Source of the DNA: Candidatus Uhrbacteria bacterium CG_4_9_14_3_um_filter_50_9
GTDB lineage: Bacteria; Patescibacteriota; Patescibacteriia; UBA9934; GWF2-40-263
Direction: 5' to 3'
Assembly (NCBI GenBank): GCA_002791295.1
Contig: PFWU01000049.1
Span: 47,350 to 111,349, forward strand
Length of the DNA stretch: 64,000 nucleotides
Shown here: piece by piece, positions 56,567 through 64,000 of the stretch
How the letters are laid out: each line of letters begins with the position of its first letter
How positions within the stretch are numbered: the first letter of the stretch is position 1
Translations under genes and position numbers: made by a program
Notes under the pieces: model-generated
Seen by the model: the letters and a program-made list of their open reading frames with translations, nothing else
The model's database searches: none
Told to the model about the DNA's origin: nothing

Positions 56567-59500
56567 TTATCCTCTTTGCTCGCGGGTCGCATCGATGCCG
56601 ATGCGTCCGAGCTCTCCAGCAATGATCTTGTTTTCGTCAGCGATTTTTTCGGCGAGCATTCTGAATTCTGGTGTTCCAGAATAACCCTCCTGGCCCATCT
56701 CTTGAAGGAGACCGGTGAAGCCTTCTAATCGTGCCATGCGTCTGACGAGGCTGTCTGTGGCGTTGTTTGGTTCCTGATTATAACGAACCCCACGAGCGAA
56801 CTGATCTGTGGTCATGGGCGCATCAGGGGCTGGATGAACGATAGGTGTTCCTTCCCCAAGGAATCCCTGATTGATTTGTTCTTCGGTGAGACCCCAGTTC
56901 TCTAGGGCTTGATCATTAAATTTTGCTTCACTGAATCCAGGGAGGAAGGCATCCCATACTTCTTTATTCCCCGCTTCATTCTTGTGGTATTGGAAACGGA
57001 TTTTCGCATCTTCACCTTTGAAGGTTTTGAGAGGCTCTCCATCGGATGGGACTTCTGGTGCGTTCTCTGTGTCTTCTGTGGCCCATACATCGGCTGTGCC
57101 CTCTGCCCCACGGGCAATACTTGGAACATCGATCTTCGAAGCGGAAGTAATGACTCCATCTTCATAACGTACTTCTTCAATGATTCCGTTTTGATCGATC
57201 ATGTTTAGAATCAAGGTGTCTCCATCAGTCCCAACAAGGATTTCAGCAGGTTTGGAGACGAGATCACCGTTTGCATCGACGATCTGACTCATGAAGCTCA
57301 GAGAGGTATCTGGTTTCCCTGAGAAAATTCCCTGACCATTAAGCTCTAGTCCTTGTTTTGCTAAGAGGGCTTGCACATCTCCTCCAACAACTTCAACACG
57401 AGGGGGTGTGTCGATGTCCGTGTAGTGATATTCGCCACTGATAACTTTCTCGTAAATTCCCCGGATGTAGGGATCACTTTGTCTTAATACTTCTGAGCGT
57501 TCCGTGATAGCTGCGTCGCTGCCCCGCTCAGCAGCCCCCTCAGGTGACTCCGTAGCTGCTCCACCTTCCGTTTCAGTTGTGCCTGTTTCCGCATCAGTTT
57601 CAGGAACTTCACGAGAGACGTCCGCACCTTCCGGTGCCGATGGGGCTTCACTCTCAAGCAAAGATTCATTCAATGATCCATGGACATAGGTGAGTCCAGC
57701 GTCTGGATCGAGCAGTTGATCGGTTGGGATGATGTCGTTTGTTTGTGTGTCAAAGAATTCAATCACAACACCTCCCTCACCATCTGGAGAGGCAAGGACG
57801 GCGAGTCGATCAATCGCATTCGTTCCAAGTCGGAGGTCACCACCACTTTGAACGATTCCAGCTTGCTGGGTGGCTTCGAGAGCCTGCTGCTGCGCCCAGG
57901 CATCCACTCCAGATGGGTCGCCCGTGTACCCAAAGTCTGCTGAGTTGGCTTTGAGCTGGTTTACGAGAAGGGCTGTGATGCTGTTGTGTTTGTTGTCAGC
58001 TTTGACGACTGCTTGTTCCACGAGCTCTGGTGACAGTTCATGCGCTGTTTCCGGTGTTGCATCGAGAGCGGCTTCAACAGGGATACTTTCTGGGTACTGT
58101 CCTGACGTATCGGCTTCTGTCATGATGCCAGGTTCTGCAGCCTGTTCCGCCATCATGGCTTGCATGGCACTTGTTTCAGTGGCTTCTGCTGTTGCTTCTG
58201 TGATGTCTGGTTCACCTTCTGAACTGGTAAACAACGAAGAGGCACTGTCCCACATGGGTTTGTACTGATCCTGAAGATTGGAACCCGCGTAATCCATGAG
58301 ACCATCAGACTCAGACCATTTTTCAGAAAGTTTTTCCATGAGACCAGAAAATCCTTGACCCCCTTCAAAGTCACCTTGGGCAATTCCCGCTACCGTGAAG
58401 GCACGCATGAGCACTCCAGCGGCTTGCATGCGATTGAGATTACGTCCCGTGCGGGTTTCCGCGCCACCACCACCGAGTTTGCTGATGGTTTCGGTGACTC
58501 CTTGAACCACATAGCGATTCAAGTAGTCTTTGGCTCCTGTCGTCTCTTCTTTTTTACGTTCCTTTGATACTTTTTGGTGTCGTTCGTACATCGCAACAGC
58601 TGTGTATCCAAGTGTACGTAGTGAAGCAATGCCTGTTGCGACCATGGCGGTGTTGAGCCCCTCTTTTAAGACCGTTGTGCCTTTGACGCGCGCTTGGATG
58701 GCTTCATCTAACAGTTGAGCAATCTTTTCGTTTCGTTCCTGTTCTTTTGATTCAAGATCCGAGTTATAGGTTTCTACAACAAGGTTTATTTGTTCAGTGA
58801 GTTTTGTTTTTTGTTCAGGAGTGAGAAATTTGGATGCCTTGATGCGCTCAGCAATGGCTGTTTGTTTGTGTTCAACCAGTTTGTTACTTGCAATCGGTGC
58901 CTCTCGATTAAAGGCAGCGTCTGCATCCTCGACCGCCTTCAAGAGACGTTCTCGTTCTTTCCCTGTGTAGTATTTTTGTGTGAACCAACGAGGAAGATCT
59001 GCAGCGATTTTGGTGCCGGTGTAGGTCATGGCCATACTGACGAAACCAGTAGCAACCATGCGTGCATAGTCTTTCTTTGAATATTCGCCCGTCAGTTCCT
59101 CTTCTTGCTTTTCACCACGAAGATCCCGCATGAAGCGGCTGTCTTTGAATTTATCGTAGGCGTTCGCAAATGCATCAATGGCACGGTTGCGTAGTTCGGT
59201 TGGGCTTTGTGGTGTTTCTTCCTCTGTCTGCTCTGTTCCTACCTCAGGGCCTTTTTCCGTTGCCTCAGCTGGTGCTGTGGATGCTTCTGGTGGTTCGGCT
59301 GTGCCAGTCGTTCCTGGTTCTGGTGTGGAAGCAGGTGGTTCTGTGGCTGGGGGAGCAGTGCCGGATTCTGGTGCAGAGGCTTCGGGAATCTTTCGGTATG
59401 TATTAAGGGTCGTGTTAATTTTTGTGCGAAGTTCAGTCTTCTTTTCCCCTGTCTGTCCGTCAGCACCCAACGCATTCCATTCCGATTGAATTTTGTGAAG

Positions 59501-59743
59501 TTCTGTGATGAGCGAATTAAGCTGTTCTTTTGGGACATCCTCACGAATGCGCGTCATTTTTCTTCGAACAGCAAAAATCATTCGAACGTCCTTGTCCAAC
59601 GCTCGCAGGATTTGTTCCGCATCCTTTACGAGTTTTTCGGTGCGTTCAGCCTCAGAATCAATGTTTTGAGATGCTTCACTTCCAGTGTTTTTTGGAGGTT
59701 CCTCCTCTCCAGGACCTGGACTTTTTGGTGCTTCTTTGCTCAT
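56567..59743 (-). CDS. Large hypothetical protein (1058 aa)
   Basis: Pro/Glu/Thr-rich linkers, coiled coils, weakly hydrophobic central helices, acidic C-terminal half. Confidence 0.8.
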   Translation of the reverse strand: MSKEAPKSPGPGEEEPPKNTGSEASQNIDSEAERTEKLVKDAEQILRALDKDVRMIFAVRRKMTRIREDVPKEQLNSLITELHKIQSEWNALGADGQTGEKKTELRTKINTTLNTYRKIPEASAPESGTAPPATEPPASTPEPGTTGTAEPPEASTAPAEATEKGPEVGTEQTEEETPQSPTELRNRAIDAFANAYDKFKDSRFMRDLRGEKQEEELTGEYSKKDYARMVATGFVSMAMTYTGTKIAADLPRWFTQKYYTGKERERLLKAVEDADAAFNREAPIASNKLVEHKQTAIAERIKASKFLTPEQKTKLTEQINLVVETYNSDLESKEQERNEKIAQLLDEAIQARVKGTTVLKEGLNTAMVATGIASLRTLGYTAVAMYERHQKVSKERKKEETTGAKDYLNRYVVQGVTETISKLGGGGAETRTGRNLNRMQAAGVLMRAFTVAGIAQGDFEGGQGFSGLMEKLSEKWSESDGLMDYAGSNLQDQYKPMWDSASSLFTSSEGEPDITEATAEATETSAMQAMMAEQAAEPGIMTEADTSGQYPESIPVEAALDATPETAHELSPELVEQAVVKADNKHNSITALLVNQLKANSADFGYTGDPSGVDAWAQQQALEATQQAGIVQSGGDLRLGTNAIDRLAVLASPDGEGGVVIEFFDTQTNDIIPTDQLLDPDAGLTYVHGSLNESLLESEAPSAPEGADVSREVPETDAETGTTETEGGAATESPEGAAERGSDAAITERSEVLRQSDPYIRGIYEKVISGEYHYTDIDTPPRVEVVGGDVQALLAKQGLELNGQGIFSGKPDTSLSFMSQIVDANGDLVSKPAEILVGTDGDTLILNMIDQNGIIEEVRYEDGVITSASKIDVPSIARGAEGTADVWATEDTENAPEVPSDGEPLKTFKGEDAKIRFQYHKNEAGNKEVWDAFLPGFSEAKFNDQALENWGLTEEQINQGFLGEGTPIVHPAPDAPMTTDQFARGVRYNQEPNNATDSLVRRMARLEGFTGLLQEMGQEGYSGTPEFRMLAEKIADENKIIAGELGRIGIDATREQRG

Positions 59744-60063
59744 AAGGTTTCGATTTCATCACGAATTTGTTTGATACGTTGTTCACGCCCGACCTCATCG
59801 GCGAGCTTGAGTGTTTGTTTTGCGGCTTCTGTCTCGGCGGTGGCTTTGCCCTCCTCGTAGCTTCCCTGCACGTTATCGAAGTTGTCTATGAGGGCATCAA
59901 CAATGGCTGTATCAGCCGCATGCCATTTAAAAACAAGCTCAGAGATTTGTTCCTCCAGTTCAGGTTCGCTATTAAGCGAGAGGAGATCAATAATCATGAG
60001 CTTCGTCTCTCGGTCTAACGAGCTATGTTTGAGAATGTCGGTGAGCTTGTCCCAGTCGGGCAT
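59740..60063 (-). CDS. Small helical hypothetical protein
   Basis: 107 aa; translationally coupled to the large ORF. Confidence 0.7.
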   Translation of the reverse strand: MPDWDKLTDILKHSSLDRETKLMIIDLLSLNSEPELEEQISELVFKWHAADTAIVDALIDNFDNVQGSYEEGKATAETEAAKQTLKLADEVGREQRIKQIRDEIETL

Positions 60064-60065
60064 AC

Positions 60066-60389
60066 TTAAGATTCAGCCTGATCGAGGAGACGTTCAATTT
60101 CCTTGAGATCATTTATGGCCTTTTCCTGGAGCGCTTGTGCTTCTGTTTGATGTCTTTCCTCAATCACCTTAATGTTTGCCACAAATTCCTTGGCCTCGAC
60201 TTCGGCTGTTCCTGCGATGTTTTGTTCGAGCATGTGTGTGAGTGCGTCCATTTGCTCTGGAGTCATTTCAGGGAGCATGACAATGATGGCTTCCTTGACG
60301 TCTTCAGGAAGGGAAGAGGATGCAAGTAAAAACCCGAGGCGTTCACCTAACTGTTTTGCCTGTGTTTCAAGGTCTTGTTGTTCACTCAT
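60066..60389 (-). CDS. Small helical hypothetical protein
   Basis: 107 aa; LLASSSLPEDVK resembles ILKHSSLDRETK of the neighbouring gene. Confidence 0.7.
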   Translation of the reverse strand: MSEQQDLETQAKQLGERLGFLLASSSLPEDVKEAIIVMLPEMTPEQMDALTHMLEQNIAGTAEVEAKEFVANIKVIEERHQTEAQALQEKAINDLKEIERLLDQAES

Positions 60390-60431
60390 AGGGGGTATGC
60401 TAATTTTAGGTAGTATAACACTTCACCCCCT

Positions 60432-61343
60432 ATGCTAGATATAAGTTATCCCTACATGCCAGAAGGCCGATTGTTAACGTATGTTTCGGCGGATCACCCG
60501 TTGATGCAGGAAGCGGCAAAAGCGCGTGCTGAGTGTGCGGGCGATCCGCTGTATCCCGTTGGAGGTGTGCTCGTCAAAGATGGGCGTGTGATTGCGCGTG
60601 CTGGGAATGGCTACAACCGAGGCCCTGGAACCGTGCATGTGTGTCCTCGGATTGTGCTTGATTGTCCAAGTGGAACAGGGTATGACCTGTGTGATCTCCA
60701 TGATGCCCCAGGGCACGCTGAACAGATGACTATCAAAGCCGCTCGTGAGGCAGGAGAAGACCCTACCGGTGCAGATTTTTACATGTATGGGCATTGGTGG
60801 GCTTGTGAGCCGTGTTGGAATGCACTGATTGAGGCAGGGGTGCGTGACGTGTATGTTACAGACGATGCACATGAACGTTTTAGTCGAGACCGGGTGTATG
60901 GGGAAACACTTAAGTCGAGCGTAAAGAGTGCGTACATTGCAGGGCCCATAACGAACGTGGAAGATTTTGCATCGCAGGCAGCGTTTTACGAGTCGATTGG
61001 TGCTGTCTGTGAGGAAATGGGGTGTAAGGCGCGCATTCCGCATCGTGATAACACACTCAATGAAGATCGCGATCAGGGAAACTCCCGTGGGGTGTTTGAG
61101 TGGGCAGCAAATGAATCTCGGGTGAATGATGTGGTGGTGGCTGAGGTGAGTGATCCGTCACTTGGAACCGGTGGGGAACTCGTTGAGGCTCATAACCACG
61201 GAACACCCATTGTTCTTCTTTCACGAAAAGGCGCACGGGTCTCGAGATTTGTGTTAGGGAATCCGTCTGTGGTTTATCATATCGAGTACGAAACCCAAGA
61301 AGATGCTCTCAAACAGATTAGGAATGTTCTCAAACAGTTATAG
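60432..61343 (+). CDS. Zn-dependent (d)CMP-type deaminase fused to a nucleoside 2-deoxyribosyltransferase/N-glycosidase domain
   Basis: N-terminal VGGVLVKDG...GN, HAE, CEPC; C-terminal AYIAGPI, DVVVAEVSDPSLGTGGE. Confidence 0.85.
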   Translation: MLDISYPYMPEGRLLTYVSADHPLMQEAAKARAECAGDPLYPVGGVLVKDGRVIARAGNGYNRGPGTVHVCPRIVLDCPSGTGYDLCDLHDAPGHAEQMTIKAAREAGEDPTGADFYMYGHWWACEPCWNALIEAGVRDVYVTDDAHERFSRDRVYGETLKSSVKSAYIAGPITNVEDFASQAAFYESIGAVCEEMGCKARIPHRDNTLNEDRDQGNSRGVFEWAANESRVNDVVVAEVSDPSLGTGGELVEAHNHGTPIVLLSRKGARVSRFVLGNPSVVYHIEYETQEDALKQIRNVLKQL

Positions 61344-61457
61344 TTCGTGTTATCCACATTGCGAGTTTTATACAACTCACTCAAAATGAAATTAACGTTC
61401 AATTCAATTTGAACCAGGAGGCACCCATGAGGTGTCTCCTTCTCTTTTTATTAAGTC

Positions 61458-62498
61458 ATGAAGCCAAACACTATGTCTCACACCATTGCCGAGTACATTT
61501 GGATCGACGGGCATGAGCCGACCAAGGGTCTTCGTTCAAAAGCAAAGATCATCACAGGTCCGGTGAATCGACTGGAGGATTTGCCCGATTGGGGCTTCGA
61601 TGGTTCAAGTACTGAGCAGGCAGAGGGACATGCGAGTGATTGCAGACTTAAGCCGGTTCGGTTTGTGCGCGATCCTTTTCGTGGAGGTGATCATGTGCTC
61701 GTGATGTGTGAGGTGTTTACAGAAGATGGGCGAGTGCATCCGTCGAATACCCGTGCACGTCTTCGTGAGGTGTCGAGTGCCTATGCCGATCACGAACCGT
61801 GGTTTGGGATTGAGCAGGAGTACACGCTTTTTCAAGATGGTCGGCCGCTTGGGTGGCCAGAGCACGGATATCCAGGGCCACAGGGTCCGTACTACTGTGC
61901 CGTGGGAGCGAGGAATATTTATGGACGTGAACTTGTTGAAGCACATCTGCAAGCGTGTCTTGATGCAGGTCTACGGATCGCTGGCATTAACGCCGAAGTC
62001 ATGCCATCTCAGTGGGAGTTTCAGGTTGGACCTCTTGGACCATTGGATGCAGGGGATGAGCTCTGGCTTGCTCGATGGATGTTGCACCGATTGGGAGAGG
62101 AACTTGATATCGAGGTGTCGCTCAGTCCTAAGCCGGTGAAAGGGGACTGGAATGGGGCAGGAGCACACACAAACTTTTCTACAAAGGCCATGCGTGCACC
62201 TGGCGGGATTCGCGTGATTGAGGAAGCCTGCCAAAAACTTGGTCGTACTCATGAGGCGCACATCAAGGCGTATGGGTATCGGAATGGCGATCGGCTTACG
62301 GGGAAGCATGAAACGTGTGACATCCACACCTTCCGATATGGGGCAAGCGACCGTGGGGCCTCTATTCGCATTCCAATCGCAACCACGGATGCTCAAGCTG
62401 GATACCTTGAAGACCGTCGGCCAGCAGCAAACATGGATCCGTACTTGGTTGCCCGTGCCATCATTGAAACAACGTGCGGGAACGGGTTTATTGCTTAA
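61458..62498 (+). CDS. glnII: Glutamine synthetase type II
   Basis: AEYIWIDG, WGFDGSST.QA, QGPYYC, NAEVMPSQWEFQVGP, GDWNGAGAHTNFST, RLTGKHET, YLEDRRP; 346 aa. Confidence 0.93.
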   Translation: MKPNTMSHTIAEYIWIDGHEPTKGLRSKAKIITGPVNRLEDLPDWGFDGSSTEQAEGHASDCRLKPVRFVRDPFRGGDHVLVMCEVFTEDGRVHPSNTRARLREVSSAYADHEPWFGIEQEYTLFQDGRPLGWPEHGYPGPQGPYYCAVGARNIYGRELVEAHLQACLDAGLRIAGINAEVMPSQWEFQVGPLGPLDAGDELWLARWMLHRLGEELDIEVSLSPKPVKGDWNGAGAHTNFSTKAMRAPGGIRVIEEACQKLGRTHEAHIKAYGYRNGDRLTGKHETCDIHTFRYGASDRGASIRIPIATTDAQAGYLEDRRPAANMDPYLVARAIIETTCGNGFIA

Positions 62499-62504
62499 TT
62501 TGAA

Positions 62505-62551
62505 AAGGCTCCCGACTTCCAACCCTGAGTGGGAAGGAAGCGGGAGCCTTT
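62505..62551. terminator. Terminator-like hairpin
   Basis: AAAGGCTCCCG...CGGGAGCCTTT. Confidence 0.6.
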
Positions 62552-62592
62552 GCGTTGTCCTGAGTCTGTCAGGACGCTTGGGACGGCTGAGT

Positions 62593-63906
62593 TCAGGTCA
62601 TCTCGACGAAGCCGAGGGGGTCGATGATCGCACGGATCGTCTCCATGATCTCGGGTTCGATGCCGTCGATCTCGGGGAAGAATCCACCCACGGCGCCGAT
62701 GGGGGTCTGGCGCAGGATCTGGTTGGGCCAGATCATCAGGCGGTAGAGTGCAGGTTCGCGCCTCGGGTCCACCGTGATCTGGCGGTGCACGGCGATGAAG
62801 CCGGCCCAGTACTGGCCATTCCCCTCACCACCCCGAGACCAGAAGCTGGTCGCAATGGTCAGTCGACCATCGAAGAGCCTCAGGATGCGGAAGTCGTCGT
62901 GGTAGACGAAGCTGCCGGTGTCGTTGAGCTCCTGTGCCGGAGCCCAGTCGTCGTGACCGGTCAGGGTCTCGACCCAGCACTCGAAGGCGGATCTGGCTCG
63001 ATCCATTTGATACCGACCACGGCGGTCCATCCGCTCATGGATTTCGATCCGCTTCTCTCGGCCTAGGCTCTGGTTCACCAGGCTGACCCACTCTCCCGGT
63101 GTCCGCTCGCTCGGGATGAAACCTCGCAGTTCCCGGATCTCGTCGATTGGCTTGACTGGCAGAAGCCCGTAGCAGGTGTAGGGCTCGGGCTGCTGGGTGC
63201 GAATCTCGAATGAGGGTGTCGGCGTTTCTTGTTCACCCGGGATGAACCCGAAGCGGGAGAGGATAAGGATGTCGCGGGCCCAGGCCATGGGGATGAAGAT
63301 CTTATCTATTGGCCACTTCTTGAGGTCTATGTTCCTCTGGAGCACCTTCCAGTCGGTCGTATCATAGCCCCACTGAGTTGCACCCGAGCAGTCGCCGTCC
63401 TTGGGAACGGTTTCGTAGATGCGGAAGCGGCCGGCCGCCGACCAGATGGCGGCGTTGGGCTCGTAGTAGCTGGACGGGGAGACCGGCGCAAAGGCACGCA
63501 GACACTTGATCGGTTCCATGACGATGGCCGTTGCGACGTCCGTCAGGCGGACGTAGCGGACCGGCTTCTCGCCAATCTTGAGGTTGGTCTCGATACTCTC
63601 GAGATCGACCGGATTGAACGTGCGGAACAGTTCGTCATTGAGTGCCTGTTGGGCGACCCGTACGCAGTCGCGCCGGTAGCCGCTTTGGCTTGGGTACTGC
63701 TGGTCGTCGGCGATGCAGATAGCTGCGAAGGGCTTGTCGCATACGAGCAGGAGGTCGACTGTGTTGGACCAGGCGTGCGACTCCCGCCTGTGCATGTCGC
63801 TGATCTGGTGGACCATCACCTCTTCCTGGGTGACACCTAGTACACGGATGAATCGCGTCACGACCTGGGTGTGTGGGCGCAGTCGTACGTCCGAGTGACC
63901 CTCCAT
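62593..63906 (-). CDS. Hypothetical protein (GC-rich orphan)
   Basis: 437 aa ORF with C/G-ending codons; start uncertain. Confidence 0.7.
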   Translation of the reverse strand: MEGHSDVRLRPHTQVVTRFIRVLGVTQEEVMVHQISDMHRRESHAWSNTVDLLLVCDKPFAAICIADDQQYPSQSGYRRDCVRVAQQALNDELFRTFNPVDLESIETNLKIGEKPVRYVRLTDVATAIVMEPIKCLRAFAPVSPSSYYEPNAAIWSAAGRFRIYETVPKDGDCSGATQWGYDTTDWKVLQRNIDLKKWPIDKIFIPMAWARDILILSRFGFIPGEQETPTPSFEIRTQQPEPYTCYGLLPVKPIDEIRELRGFIPSERTPGEWVSLVNQSLGREKRIEIHERMDRRGRYQMDRARSAFECWVETLTGHDDWAPAQELNDTGSFVYHDDFRILRLFDGRLTIATSFWSRGGEGNGQYWAGFIAVHRQITVDPRREPALYRLMIWPNQILRQTPIGAVGGFFPEIDGIEPEIMETIRAIIDPLGFVEMT

Positions 63907-64000
63907 GTTGACCCCGACGCGCTTGTCCTCGGGGTGGGTGGTGAGGGAGGCTCAGAGCCCACTTGCCGTCCTCGACGACAATGTTGACTATCTTCCACCC

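Noticed and set aside
61350-61358. DnaA box TTATCCACA, with variants near 47409 and 54931-54951, as a possible oriC
   Set aside because: The boxes are isolated, with no cluster, unwinding element or dnaA nearby.
61395-61450. Glutamine riboswitch upstream of glnII
   Set aside because: CGTTCA and a hairpin with a T tract are present, but the conserved GGAAGTAA and GAAG core and the closing P1 strand are not visible.
62218-63066. 282-aa plus-strand ORF
   Set aside because: It is a shadow of glnII and the GC-rich minus-strand gene, and it spans a terminator.
63907-64000. Possible frameshifted 5' extension of the 62593-63906 ORF
   Set aside because: Coding-like codons switch frame near 63947, but only 94 nt are visible and no homologue is known to judge it.

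Overview
Chromosomal segment of a reduced-genome bacterium. Gene content and style (PrgI/VirB4/VirB6 locus, pilin-like fusions, a baseplate-J-like protein, short or SD-less leaders, long orphan proteins) point to Patescibacteria/CPR, possibly Uhrbacteria-like; this assignment is inference. Housekeeping genes include recG, radA, clpC, htpX, lemA, rseP, pheS, pheT, dnaE, thrS (with a Thr T-box), miaB, miaA, gatB and tmk, plus three tRNAs. Accessory content includes a T4SS-like/competence locus, an ANT(4')-like nucleotidyltransferase, an ECF sigma plus vWA protein pair, two pilin-fused cell-wall peptidases next to DsbA, a DinJ-YafQ toxin-antitoxin pair, a type II glutamine synthetase and several GC-rich orphans. 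Three signals stand out. (1) The ThyA homologue has Asp at the dUMP/dCMP specificity position and lacks the His of the PCH motif, so it may be a natural dCMP methylase; it sits with DHFR and Tmk, and a deaminase-N-glycosidase fusion lies nearby. (2) A ~129-nt covarying rod-like hairpin sits 3-4 nt upstream of each of the three tRNAs, and similar rods occur in other intergenic regions. (3) Two paralogous pilin fusions carry different peptidoglycan-hydrolase domains. All calls were made by eye, with no database searches.
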